Below are positions 1 to 6,826 of a stretch of DNA of 45,465 nucleotides, in pieces. The notes below the pieces were generated by a model. The model was not told the origin of the DNA, made no database searches, and saw nothing but the letters and a program-made list of their open reading frames with translations. The stretch is from IMG/VR virus record IMGVR_UViG_3300027674_000002. The stretch is one strand, 5' to 3'. Within the stretch, counting starts at the first letter, position 1. Each line of letters opens with the position of its first letter. Made by a program: the position numbers and the translations under genes. Source of the stretch: a virus.

Positions 1-99
1 TTTGATAGACTGAATGCGGGGAACCCTAGGCCCCGTGTGTTGTTTTCGTTACGCGACGCGGCTTCCCGGCCGTGGCAGTTTGTGTGGCAGTTGGCTTTG
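1..99. repeat. 99-bp terminal direct repeat, copy 1 (identical to 45367..45465). Circular-assembly overlap or a true direct terminal repeat.
   Basis: First 99 nt and last 99 nt of the window are the same string (tttgatagactgaatgcgg...gcagttggctttg). Confidence 0.9.
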
Positions 100-103
100 A
101 GGG

Positions 104-334
104 TTATTTTCCCGCGTGGTTGGGGCAGTAGTCGCGATCTTCCCCGACTGGTCGCGCGCAGTCGGCGCACATTGCCTCGTCGCAGGTCGCGCCGGGGGCG
201 GTGCTGAAATCGCAAAGGCGCGTCGCGAAATTCGCGCGGCCTGGCGGGCAGAACTTGCAGCGCTTTCGCCGCGGAGCCTGGTAGCGGATGTGGGCCACAC
301 CGCCCCCAGGAAGTCGGATCCATGCGCCGGGCAT
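104..334 (-). CDS. Cys-rich small protein (76 aa), putative zinc-binding
   Basis: ORF track. 7 Cys in CxxC-like spacing (CKFCPPG..CD..CDEAMCADC..YCPNH). ATGA overlap with the upstream ORF at 334. Last gene of the int operon. Confidence 0.55.
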   Translation of the reverse strand: MPGAWIRLPGGGVAHIRYQAPRRKRCKFCPPGRANFATRLCDFSTAPGATCDEAMCADCARPVGEDRDYCPNHAGK

Positions 335-486
335 CAGCCGGGCTTCGCGTCGCGGCGGATCCTGTCATCCACGAGCAGAAGCAGGATCACGTAGATCAAA
401 TCTAAAGCGGCGTCCGCGGGGTGACCGGTCGCGGCGTCGAGCACGGCGAGGAGGAAAAAGAGCAGGGAGAAGAGCAGCACAAACAT
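334..486 (-). CDS. small hydrophobic membrane protein (50 aa)
   Basis: Hand-translated (below the 60-aa track cutoff): MFVLLFSLLFFLLAVLDAATGHPADAALDLIYVILLLLVDDRIRRDAKPG. Two hydrophobic stretches. Its stop overlaps the next start (ATGA). Confidence 0.4.
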   Translation of the reverse strand: MFVLLFSLLFFLLAVLDAATGHPADAALDLIYVILLLLVDDRIRRDAKPG

Positions 487-490
487 GGCG

Positions 491-760
491 TCAGCCTGTG
501 GATCCTCCTGGAGGATTCACAGGCTTCGGCTTGCCGAGGTTGCGGCCGGAGCGTTCGACGGCGCGCATGGAGGCCTGGATTTTTTCCTGGAGGCAGGCCC
601 GCACCGTCGTCGCGATCGGCTTGCCCCGCGGTCCGCGTTTGTTGATCGCGAAATCATGGTCGTCGACGTAGACGAGCGCCAGCAGCCAGCCGATCTCCAC
701 CGCGTTCAGGTTCAGGACGTGATTTTCTGGCAGCCAATAGCCCTTTCGCTTTCTGCTCAT
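491..760 (-). CDS. hypothetical protein (89 aa)
   Basis: Internal ATG of track ORF 491..811. Preceded by AGATCGGAGACTGACG (GGAG Shine-Dalgarno). Confidence 0.5.
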   Translation of the reverse strand: MSRKRKGYWLPENHVLNLNAVEIGWLLALVYVDDHDFAINKRGPRGKPIATTVRACLQEKIQASMRAVERSGRNLGKPKPVNPPGGSTG

Positions 761-798
761 CGTCAGTCTCCGATCTCGATCGCGCGCAGGTCCGAATG

Positions 799-1053
799 TC
801 AAATGTCCCAATCCGGCAGCGGCGTGCGACGGCCTCGCTGCGCGTTGCGAAGCTCCACCAGCTCCTTCAACGCCTGGATGGAGTGCGGCCGATTGCGAAT
901 CTTTTGCATGGCGTTCTTGTAAATCATGAACGCCGTCTTCCTGCCAGCTTCGCCCTCGAGGCCGAGGGCGCGGCCGATTTCCTCCCAGGTCATGTCCGCT
1001 TCTCCGCGCTCGACTCGCGTAGTCTTTTGCGGTTCCCGGCCGTAGCGCGTCAT
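799..1053 (-). CDS. stand-alone sigma-70 region-4-like / LuxR-type HTH protein (84 aa)
   Basis: C-terminal part of track ORF 799..1473. MTWEEIGRALGLEGEAGRKTAFMIYKNAMQKIRNRP resembles a sigma region 4.2 HTH. GGAG Shine-Dalgarno 8 nt upstream of ATG 1053. Confidence 0.55.
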   Translation of the reverse strand: MTRYGREPQKTTRVERGEADMTWEEIGRALGLEGEAGRKTAFMIYKNAMQKIRNRPHSIQALKELVELRNAQRGRRTPLPDWDI

Positions 1054-1067
1054 CCTCAGTCTCCGAT

Positions 1068-1877
1068 CTAGTGCGTCATCGTCAGCAGATACGTCGCGCC
1101 ATTGCCAGATATGATTCCCGCGAACTTTCCCTGGAGGTCGAGCAGCCCGTTCGCGATGAACTTCGTGGCGTTCGCGTCCGTCATGGTGAATTGCCAGGTC
1201 TTCCCGCTGAGGATGTCCTGGTCGGAGGCGGCGACGCCGACGGTCCCGCTGGAAAATGCCGCCAGCGCCGTGACCTGGTAGGTGCCGGTCACGTTGCCGG
1301 TGAGGTCGCTCTGCGTCAGCGAAGCCGTCAACGCGCCGCCCGGCGCGCCCGTCGGCGTGCAGATGCCCGTCTGCTGGTCGAGCGTGCAGGGCGCCAGCGT
1401 TCCGGTCCAGCTGCCGGACGCCGTCGGGATCTCCGCGCCGGCGAACGTGCCCGAGGAAAGCAGCCCCGAGCATGGCGGCATGTTTGCGTACGAGCCGGTG
1501 AACGATTTGCCGTCGGCCGCCAGCGTGACGTTGAATGAAAACGTTGCGAAGCCGGTGATGTTCACGTCCCCGGTGAAATTATTGACGTTCAGCACCTGGC
1601 CGTTCGCGAGCGTGGCGCTGAACGGCACGCAGGCGAAGGGAGCCGGGTTGCCGCTGGCCGTGAAGCTGTTGGATGTAACGACCGAGCCCGTCTGCGCGAA
1701 GAGCGACGCGAAGGCGGCCGAGGCCGCGCCGCTATCGCTCGCGGTCATGGACCAGTTGCCCGATGGATCGATCGCCGCCGGCGGGGGCGGCGGCGGCGCC
1801 GCCGATGGTCCTCCGCCACAACCCGCCGCGAATGCGAACCCCAACAAAGTGATGTGTACTGCTTGAAGCATTTTCAT
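1068..1877 (-). CDS. lipoprotein (269 aa), Ser/Thr/Gly/Ala-rich, likely lysogenic-conversion or exclusion moron
   Basis: Signal peptide with lipobox MKMLQAVHITLLGFAFAAG-C, then a Pro-rich linker. Start preceded by GGAAAGGGAAAGGAAACG. The longer track ORF (to 2336) has an implausible N-terminus. Confidence 0.75.
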   Translation of the reverse strand: MKMLQAVHITLLGFAFAAGCGGGPSAAPPPPPPAAIDPSGNWSMTASDSGAASAAFASLFAQTGSVVTSNSFTASGNPAPFACVPFSATLANGQVLNVNNFTGDVNITGFATFSFNVTLAADGKSFTGSYANMPPCSGLLSSGTFAGAEIPTASGSWTGTLAPCTLDQQTGICTPTGAPGGALTASLTQSDLTGNVTGTYQVTALAAFSSGTVGVAASDQDILSGKTWQFTMTDANATKFIANGLLDLQGKFAGIISGNGATYLLTMTH

Positions 1878-1924
1878 TTTCGTTTCCTTTCCCTTTCCAA
1901 GTCTTCGATTCACTGCAAAGGTCG

Positions 1925-2080
1925 TCATCGTCTGCTCGCGATTCTCAGCCGGCGGTGTTCGCGCAGCCGCGCCATGTCTTCCTTGAGCTCCGGCGCGAGG
2001 CAGACGCGCACGATCAGAAAAACGAAATAGATGGCCGCGCAGACGCCGGCGATTCCGAAAATGTAAACAATCGTTGTCAT
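1925..2080 (-). CDS. small single-pass membrane protein (51 aa)
   Basis: MTTIVYIFGIAGVCAAIYFVFLIVRVCL... ATGA overlap with the upstream ORF stop at 2077. Confidence 0.4.
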   Translation of the reverse strand: MTTIVYIFGIAGVCAAIYFVFLIVRVCLAPELKEDMARLREHRRLRIASRR

Positions 2081-2373
2081 GGCGTCGCGGCTTTCGCGCG
2101 GGGCGCGGCATAGGGGAAGACGATGGCGCAGAGTTCCGCGAGCGGAACGACGGCGATGCAATCGAGGTTCGAGCAGAGCGTGTGCGTTTCGTCGAGCCAG
2201 CTGCAGGGCACCCCGATGGCACCGGGGATATCGTCCGGGTGAACGAGCAGGCAAGGCGTCTGCTCCGTGCATCCGCAGTCGTCGTCGCACTCGCAGTCTT
2301 CGAGGAGCCGCCCGCATTCGGGGCAGCACTCTTCATCGTTCTCTTCGTCGTACGGATCCAGATCGCATCTCAC
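2077..2373 (-). CDS. acidic, very Cys-rich protein (98 aa, 13 Cys)
   Basis: GTG start forms a GTGA overlap with the stop of 2370..2549. Sequence DPYDEENDEECCPECGRLLEDCECDDDCGCTEQTPC... Confidence 0.45.
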   Translation of the reverse strand: MRCDLDPYDEENDEECCPECGRLLEDCECDDDCGCTEQTPCLLVHPDDIPGAIGVPCSWLDETHTLCSNLDCIAVVPLAELCAIVFPYAAPRAKAATP

Positions 2374-2549
2374 GGTTTTGCCTTTCGAAGCGCGTTGCGG
2401 CTGGTGACGGTGCGGAAGCCGTCGGCGAATTCGATCATGCAGCTGTTCATCTTCCCGCGCGCGAGCACCTTGCAGGCCTGGCCCTTGCGATCGAGGACGC
2501 GCATCGCCGTGCGCTTCCACGTGTAGACGTAAGGCAGTCTGGCGCTCAT
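2370..2549 (-). CDS. hypothetical protein (59 aa)
   Basis: MSARLPYVYTWKRTAMRVLDRKGQACKVLARGKMNSCMIEFADGF... ATGA overlap at both ends. Confidence 0.45.
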   Translation of the reverse strand: MSARLPYVYTWKRTAMRVLDRKGQACKVLARGKMNSCMIEFADGFRTVTSRNALRKAKP

Positions 2550-2740
2550 GAACTTTTCATTTCCCCATCTCTCGCTTTCTGTCTTGGTTCGGTTACCCAA
2601 ACAGTTTGCTGCCCGCACTTCGGGCACGGCCTGTCCCATAATCCGTGGGCCTGCGGAAAATGTTCGGCTGGAGTAAATCCTGCTAGCCCGCAGTTCATGC
2701 AAGCCATTGTCTGCTCCATCGTTTCTGGAGATACCTTCAC
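2546..2740 (-). CDS. zinc-ribbon protein (64 aa)
   Basis: CMNCG...CPKCG pair. GTG start with GAGGA 5 nt upstream. GTGA overlap with the upstream stop. Confidence 0.5.
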   Translation of the reverse strand: MKVSPETMEQTMACMNCGLAGFTPAEHFPQAHGLWDRPCPKCGQQTVWVTEPRQKARDGEMKSS

Positions 2741-2988
2741 GCGATCCTCAGGGCCCTGCGCTTATTCGGCATGGCCTTTTTTTCTTCCTTGAGATAGCGC
2801 TTTCGCAGCGCGCGATATCGTTTCACCTTGCCGCTCCAGTCATCTCTGTTTTCGCGGTCCAAGCGCGTATCGTCGGCTCTTCTCGGCGGGAGAGTGGAAT
2901 CGATCATGGATTCCAGACTTTCGATTGCCTCGGCGAACGCGTCGATCAGGTCGGCGCGCTCGCCGTTCGTCAAAGTGTTTTGGTTCAT
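2737..2988 (-). CDS. hypothetical charged protein (83 aa)
   Basis: MNQNTLTNGERADLIDAFAEAIESLESMID... ATGA overlap with the integrase stop. Confidence 0.5.
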   Translation of the reverse strand: MNQNTLTNGERADLIDAFAEAIESLESMIDSTLPPRRADDTRLDRENRDDWSGKVKRYRALRKRYLKEEKKAMPNKRRALRIA

Positions 2989-4088
2989 GCGATCCTCGCG
3001 ATCTTCCCGCGCCGCGGTGCAGGCGCGGCCGGCGCTACCAGTTTCTCGATCGCGGCCTTGCCGTGTTCGGGCGAAAGATGCGCGTAGCGCATCGTGGTGA
3101 CGATCGAAGCGTGTCCGAGGAATTGCTGCACGGTGCGCAGGTCCACCCCGGCCATCACCAATCGGGATGCGAAGGTGTGCCGCAGGTCGTGCCAGCGGAA
3201 ATGGATCACTCCGGCCTTCGCAAGGATTTTCTGAAAGCGATCGTTGCGCCGGTCGAACGAGGATTCCGAGCGGCGGCAGACGTAGCGCGAGCCGCGGGAT
3301 TGCTCGTAAAGTTTTTCGAGCGCCAGTCGCGCCGCCGAATTGATGGGGATGAAGCGCCGCCCGGTCTTCCCTTCCCTCGGCACGGTCAGGATGCCGCGCT
3401 CGAGGTCGATCAAATCCCAGGTCAGGTGGAACTGCTCGCCGAGGCGCAGGCCGGTGTGGAGCGCCAGGTCCATCTCCGCTTCTAGCTCGGGATTCCAACC
3501 ACGCATTTTTTCGCGGATGGCGGATTCTTCATCGGCCGCGAGGTAGCGGATGATCCCGGGATGCGGGGCGAAGGCCTGGGTGGCGGCAACGGGATTTCTC
3601 GCGACGAAGCCGTTCTTGATGCCGTGGTCGAAGATGCTGTTCATCGTCCAGCGGTAGGCGTTCATGGCCGAATCGCCGAGCTCGCCGGTGACGGTCTTGC
3701 GCCCGGTGTTTTTCCTGGGGCGCGGCGAAGGCGTGCGCAGCGCGCGCAGCGCTTCATTGATCTTCGCCGTGCCGATCGCCGCCGCCGGCAGCGCGCCGAT
3801 GAGCGGCAGGACGCGGCGGAGCCGGGAACGTATGCCGCCGAGCGTTCGCTTCCGCAGATGCCCTTCCTTGTCGGCCAGCATTTTTTCCGCGAGCTCCGCG
3901 AAGGTCACGCGCCGCTCGCGCTGCGGCGCAACGTAGCGGCCTTCGCGCACTTCGCGCTTTTTGTTGACGTAGGCTTCGATGGCGACCGCGCGCCGCCCGA
4001 CGTGTTCCCGGTGGCGGCGGCCGTCGGCGTCGGCGTAGCAGATGAACCAGTCGTTCGAGCCTTTGACCTTTTCGAACACACCCCTCAT
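2985..4088 (-). CDS. int: tyrosine recombinase / phage integrase (367 aa)
   Basis: Catalytic signature ..TGLRLGE.., WHDLRHTFASRLV, LGHASIVTTMRYAHL (R..HxxR..Y). N-terminal SAM-like arm domain. Leader GGGAAAGGAAACGAT before the ATG. Confidence 0.95.
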   Translation of the reverse strand: MRGVFEKVKGSNDWFICYADADGRRHREHVGRRAVAIEAYVNKKREVREGRYVAPQRERRVTFAELAEKMLADKEGHLRKRTLGGIRSRLRRVLPLIGALPAAAIGTAKINEALRALRTPSPRPRKNTGRKTVTGELGDSAMNAYRWTMNSIFDHGIKNGFVARNPVAATQAFAPHPGIIRYLAADEESAIREKMRGWNPELEAEMDLALHTGLRLGEQFHLTWDLIDLERGILTVPREGKTGRRFIPINSAARLALEKLYEQSRGSRYVCRRSESSFDRRNDRFQKILAKAGVIHFRWHDLRHTFASRLVMAGVDLRTVQQFLGHASIVTTMRYAHLSPEHGKAAIEKLVAPAAPAPRRGKIARIA

Positions 4089-4121
4089 ATCGTTTCCTTT
4101 CCCGTTCAGAAATTGGTTGCT

Positions 4122-4361
4122 TTAACGGACGTGGAGGACGTGGCGGCTTGCGATCTCCGCTGAGAGAACCCCGGCCTGGCACTTCGCGCCGCGCTCGAGC
4201 GCCGTGCGAATCTGCTCGCGGAGTTTCGCGCGCGCGCGCTTGAGCTGGCGGATCTGTTCGGCGAGGTCGCGTTCCTGCAGCAGGAGCCGCTGCGTGATTC
4301 TCTGGGCCTGTTTTGGAGAATGCTTAACGACGCTGAGCTGACTGCTCGACTCGGGAGCCAT
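4122..4361 (-). CDS. coiled-coil protein (79 aa)
   Basis: ORF track. Heptad-like QRLLLQERDLAEQIRQLKRARAKLREQIRTALE. GGAGGA Shine-Dalgarno upstream. Confidence 0.5.
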   Translation of the reverse strand: MAPESSSQLSVVKHSPKQAQRITQRLLLQERDLAEQIRQLKRARAKLREQIRTALERGAKCQAGVLSAEIASRHVLHVR

Positions 4362-4408
4362 GGGTCCTCCAAGGGACGGAAAATATCGAGAGCTGGGACA
4401 GGGCGCGA

Positions 4409-4437
4409 AGCATACGCCTCAGAGTGACGTATCGCAA
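4409..4437 (-). promoter_or_regulatory. candidate sigma70-type promoter (TTGCGA-17-TATGCT) upstream of 4122..4361 and int
   Basis: Minus-strand TTGCGA (4437..4432), 17-nt spacer, TATGCT (4414..4409), in a 126-nt AT-richer intergenic gap. Confidence 0.3.
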
Positions 4438-4487
4438 TCGTAAAATTTTCCGCTGGTTGGAATCCCGAGCAGACTGTGGAAAAGCTG

Positions 4488-4820
4488 TTATCTGCTTTTT
4501 CTCTGGCGGGCGCGCTCGCGATAAACCTGGCGCTCTTCCTTGAGGGTCTTCTCGATGATCTGGTCCGACAGGGCCATGGAGCGAAGCCGACCCAGGCGGG
4601 CGCCGACCTCGTCGTATTGATCAAGGCCCCAGAGGAAAACCTTGCGCACGAAATCGGCCACGGGAAGCTCTTCCTGCTCGGCGGCCGCTTCGATGCGGTC
4701 CCCCAGGGCATCCTCGACCTTGAAGGATACCTGCCTCGACTTCTTCGCCTTCGTAATGGCCATTTCGTTAAAGGGTTGGGTTTCTGCATTGGATGTTCCC
4801 ACGCCTGCAAATGGTTTCAT
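4488..4820 (-). CDS. ribbon-helix-helix (CopG/Arc-like) DNA-binding protein (110 aa), candidate lysogeny regulator
   Basis: KSRQVSFKVEDALGDRIEAAAEQEELPVADFVRKVFLWGL has a beta-strand/helix/helix pattern. GGAG 6 nt before ATG 4820. Divergent from a second RHH gene. Confidence 0.7.
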   Translation of the reverse strand: MKPFAGVGTSNAETQPFNEMAITKAKKSRQVSFKVEDALGDRIEAAAEQEELPVADFVRKVFLWGLDQYDEVGARLGRLRSMALSDQIIEKTLKEERQVYRERARQRKSR

Positions 4821-4889
4821 AAAACTCCATTGACTGCAAGTGGATTCGTATGGTATGTAGGACTCCCAAGGAGTTAAAGGAGCCTGAGA
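4821..4889. promoter_or_regulatory. divergent promoter/operator region between two RHH genes
   Basis: Plus-strand TTGACT (4830..4835), 18 nt, TATGTA (4854..4859). Three ACTCC/GGAGT half-sites at 4824, 4862 and 4870. Confidence 0.4.
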
Positions 4890-5069
4890 ATGCCCGAAGC
4901 AAAAAAGAAAGCCGCCCGCGAAACAAAATCCCACCAGGTATCGATCCGGCTGAGCGCCGAGGCTTACCGGAAGCTCAGGGAGCTGGCCGAGAAGGAAGAT
5001 CGCAAGCCCGCGTATATCCTCCGCCGCGCTGTGCTCGGCGGCCTGGGGCTCGATTCGAAAGCGGCCTAG
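4890..5069 (+). CDS. ribbon-helix-helix protein (59 aa), Cro-like position
   Basis: Hand-translated: MPEAKKKAARETKSHQVSIRLSAEAYRKLRELAEKEDRKPAYILRRAVLGGLGLDSKAA. AAAGGAG Shine-Dalgarno at 4876..4882. Confidence 0.7.
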   Translation: MPEAKKKAARETKSHQVSIRLSAEAYRKLRELAEKEDRKPAYILRRAVLGGLGLDSKAA

Positions 5070-5070
5070 T

Positions 5071-5322
5071 ATGGACTCCCCGAAAATTCTCTACGTCCGC
5101 GTGGAGCGAAGGGCCCTCTTCCCGCCGCAGTTCCAGGTCTCGGACAAGCTTGAGGATTTCAAGCAGTCCGGGCCGGTGGCGACCTACCGCCTGGAACGCG
5201 TCAACCATCTGAGCGTCGAGCGAAATTTATCGAAGGCAGCGATCGGCGAGCCGGGTGCAGCGAGCCCCGCGCCTTCGAACTCACCGGCGGCGGCGAAGCG
5301 GCCGACGAAAAAGGGGAGATGA
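5071..5322 (+). CDS. hypothetical protein (83 aa)
   Basis: ORF track. Starts 1 nt after the previous stop. Confidence 0.5.
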   Translation: MDSPKILYVRVERRALFPPQFQVSDKLEDFKQSGPVATYRLERVNHLSVERNLSKAAIGEPGAASPAPSNSPAAAKRPTKKGR

Positions 5323-5323
5323 G

Positions 5324-5536
5324 ATGGACCGCCTGCTCTATTCCCGCGCGGAAGCCGCCGCACGTCTTTCGCTCTCCATCCGGGCCGTCGACAACCTGAT
5401 CTCGCGCAACCTGCTGGCCTCGCGCAGGATCGGCGCCAAGCGCCTGATCCCCCACGCCGCGCTGGTGGCCTTCGCGCAAAAAAATCACCCGTCGCCCAAC
5501 CTCCCGAAGAAGAAGACCGCGCTCGAGGCCTCGTGA
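5324..5536 (+). CDS. excisionase-family / MerR-like HTH DNA-binding protein (70 aa)
   Basis: MDRLLYSRAEAAARLSLSIRAVDNLISRNLLASRRIGAKRLIPHAALVAF matches the HTH_17/Xis-type pattern. GGGGAG Shine-Dalgarno. Confidence 0.7.
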   Translation: MDRLLYSRAEAAARLSLSIRAVDNLISRNLLASRRIGAKRLIPHAALVAFAQKNHPSPNLPKKKTALEAS

Positions 5537-6144
5537 TGAACGCACAGCAATTGCATCGATTCTTGAAATCCCTCGGCGCATGCGCCGAAGCGGTCGAATG
5601 GTCGAAGGATAAATCCCTGGCCGAAGCATGGTCGAGCTGCGAGCGCGCGGACTGGATGCTCTGGCTGCTCGGGAAGCGGATCGGGGAAAAAGGCTGGCCC
5701 GATCGCAAGCAAATCGTCCTGCTGGCATGTTTGTGCGCGGAGACCGCGCTGAAATTCGTTCCCGCCGGCGAGGACCGTCCGCGCAAAGCAATTGAAACCG
5801 CGCGCGCATGGTGCGAAGGCAAAGCCACGCTCGCGGAAGTGCGCTCCGCCGCCGCCTACGCCGCCGCCGACGCCGCCGCCTACGCCGCCGCCGACGCCGC
5901 CGCCTACGCCGCCGCCGCCTACGCCGCCGCCTACGCCGCCGCCGCCTACGCCGCCGCCGACGCCGCCGCCTACGCCGCCGCCTACGCCGCCGCCGACGCC
6001 GCCGCCTACGCCGCCGCCTACGCCGCCGCCTACGCCGCCGCCGCCGCTCGGCGAGGCGCTCTTAAGGACATGGCCGAAATCATTCGCCAGGCGATTCCGT
6101 CGCTTTCACTGGCGACCGCGAAGCGGTCGACCGAGGCCTCGTGA
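5536..6144 (+). CDS. protein with a helical N-domain and a long Ala-Tyr/Ala-Asp repeat tract (202 aa)
   Basis: ORF track (ATG at 5536 overlaps the previous TGA). About 65 residues of AAAY/AAAD/AAY units. Confidence 0.65.
   Translation: MNAQQLHRFLKSLGACAEAVEWSKDKSLAEAWSSCERADWMLWLLGKRIGEKGWPDRKQIVLLACLCAETALKFVPAGEDRPRKAIETARAWCEGKATLAEVRSAAAYAAADAAAYAAADAAAYAAAAYAAAYAAAAYAAADAAAYAAAYAAADAAAYAAAYAAAYAAAAARRGALKDMAEIIRQAIPSLSLATAKRSTEAS
5848..6048 (+). repeat. about 200-bp coding microsatellite-like tract (GCCGCCGCCTAC / GCCGCCGCCGAC / GCCGCCTAC units)
   Basis: Direct reading of 5848..6048. All three plus-strand frames stay open across it. Confidence 0.9.
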
Positions 6145-6359
6145 TGGATGGCATGAGCGAGGTTCAACGGTTCGTCTTCCATGGCGATCAGAAAATTCCC
6201 GTCGTCGTGCATCCCTCCCTGGAGCCGTGGCAGTGGAAGTACATCAACGGAAACCTTTTCGTCGGCAAGGGAATGGACATCGATCAGTTGCTTTTCAAGC
6301 TGAACTGCACGCCGTATGACTCCTGGTTTCTGCGGTCGATCAAGGTGGAGGCGCCGTGA
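6144..6359 (+). CDS. hypothetical protein (71 aa)
   Basis: ORF track. GTGATG junction with the previous stop. Confidence 0.5.
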   Translation: MDGMSEVQRFVFHGDQKIPVVVHPSLEPWQWKYINGNLFVGKGMDIDQLLFKLNCTPYDSWFLRSIKVEAP

Positions 6360-6826
6360 TGAAATTCCTGCACGAAGACGAAGCGACGTGGATCACCTTC
6401 ACGAAAATCAGGGCCAAGAAGAACGCCGACGACAAGCGCATCGCGAAGATGGAGTTTGCCCTGCAGCTCGACGGCGTCAACACGAAGAAGATGCCGGCAT
6501 TCGTCGCGGACGCCTGGGCGTCGATGCGCAACGTGAACAGCGCGATCGTGCTCGAAAAAATCGACCGCGCCATCGAAAGCCAGAACCTCTTTTTCCACGC
6601 CCATCCGGACGACAAAGCGGTGCGGCATGAGATGGAAGAAGTCGACCTGTTCGACCTGCGGCTGGAGAAAGACAGGGACAAAAAAATCTGGCTCTTCTTC
6701 CACGTCGTGCAGTACGTCGATGTCGAGCTGTGGAAATGGATCGGCGCGCATTTCGGGCGAGAGATCGCCGCGCGCTTCGAGGAATGCCAGGGCGAGCTGA
6801 AGCTGGCGAAAGCCGCGGGTGACTGA
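6359..6826 (+). CDS. hypothetical protein (155 aa), balanced globular composition
   Basis: ORF track. GTGATG junction. No motif recognised. Confidence 0.65.
   Translation: MKFLHEDEATWITFTKIRAKKNADDKRIAKMEFALQLDGVNTKKMPAFVADAWASMRNVNSAIVLEKIDRAIESQNLFFHAHPDDKAVRHEMEEVDLFDLRLEKDRDKKIWLFFHVVQYVDVELWKWIGAHFGREIAARFEECQGELKLAKAAGD

Noticed and set aside
1-99. The terminal repeat as a biologically meaningful long terminal repeat or att duplication
   Set aside because: A length of exactly 99 nt with perfect identity is best explained by k-mer overlap of a circular assembly. The presence of HNH, P27 TerS and TerL suggests cos-type ends, not a 99-bp DTR. This stays unresolved without reads.
1878-2336. 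N-terminal extension of the lipoprotein ORF (the track gives 422 aa from 2336)
   Set aside because: The upstream 153 residues are Arg/Ser/Pro-rich noise that overlaps two better-supported small genes in other frames. A perfect signal peptide and lipobox start at 1877, with the conserved purine leader.
4455-4466. GGTTGGAATCCC resembling a tRNA T-loop (GGTTCGAATCC), as a possible tRNA fragment or attP core
   Set aside because: No complementary T-stem or acceptor stem can be drawn on either strand. It is a single short partial match, so it was left only as a weak alternative attP location.
5848-6048. Possible CRISPR array or other spacer-repeat structure
   Set aside because: The units are 9-12 nt and contiguous, with no unique spacers, and they lie in frame inside a CDS. 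No cas genes are present.
5792-6319. Alternative frames through the GCC repeat, giving (PTPPP)n and (RRRL)n 'proteins' (5792..6319 and 5808..6065)
   Set aside because: They are frame artefacts of the GCC-rich tract. Only the AAAY/AAAD frame is continuous with a well-formed N-terminal domain and a coupled start.
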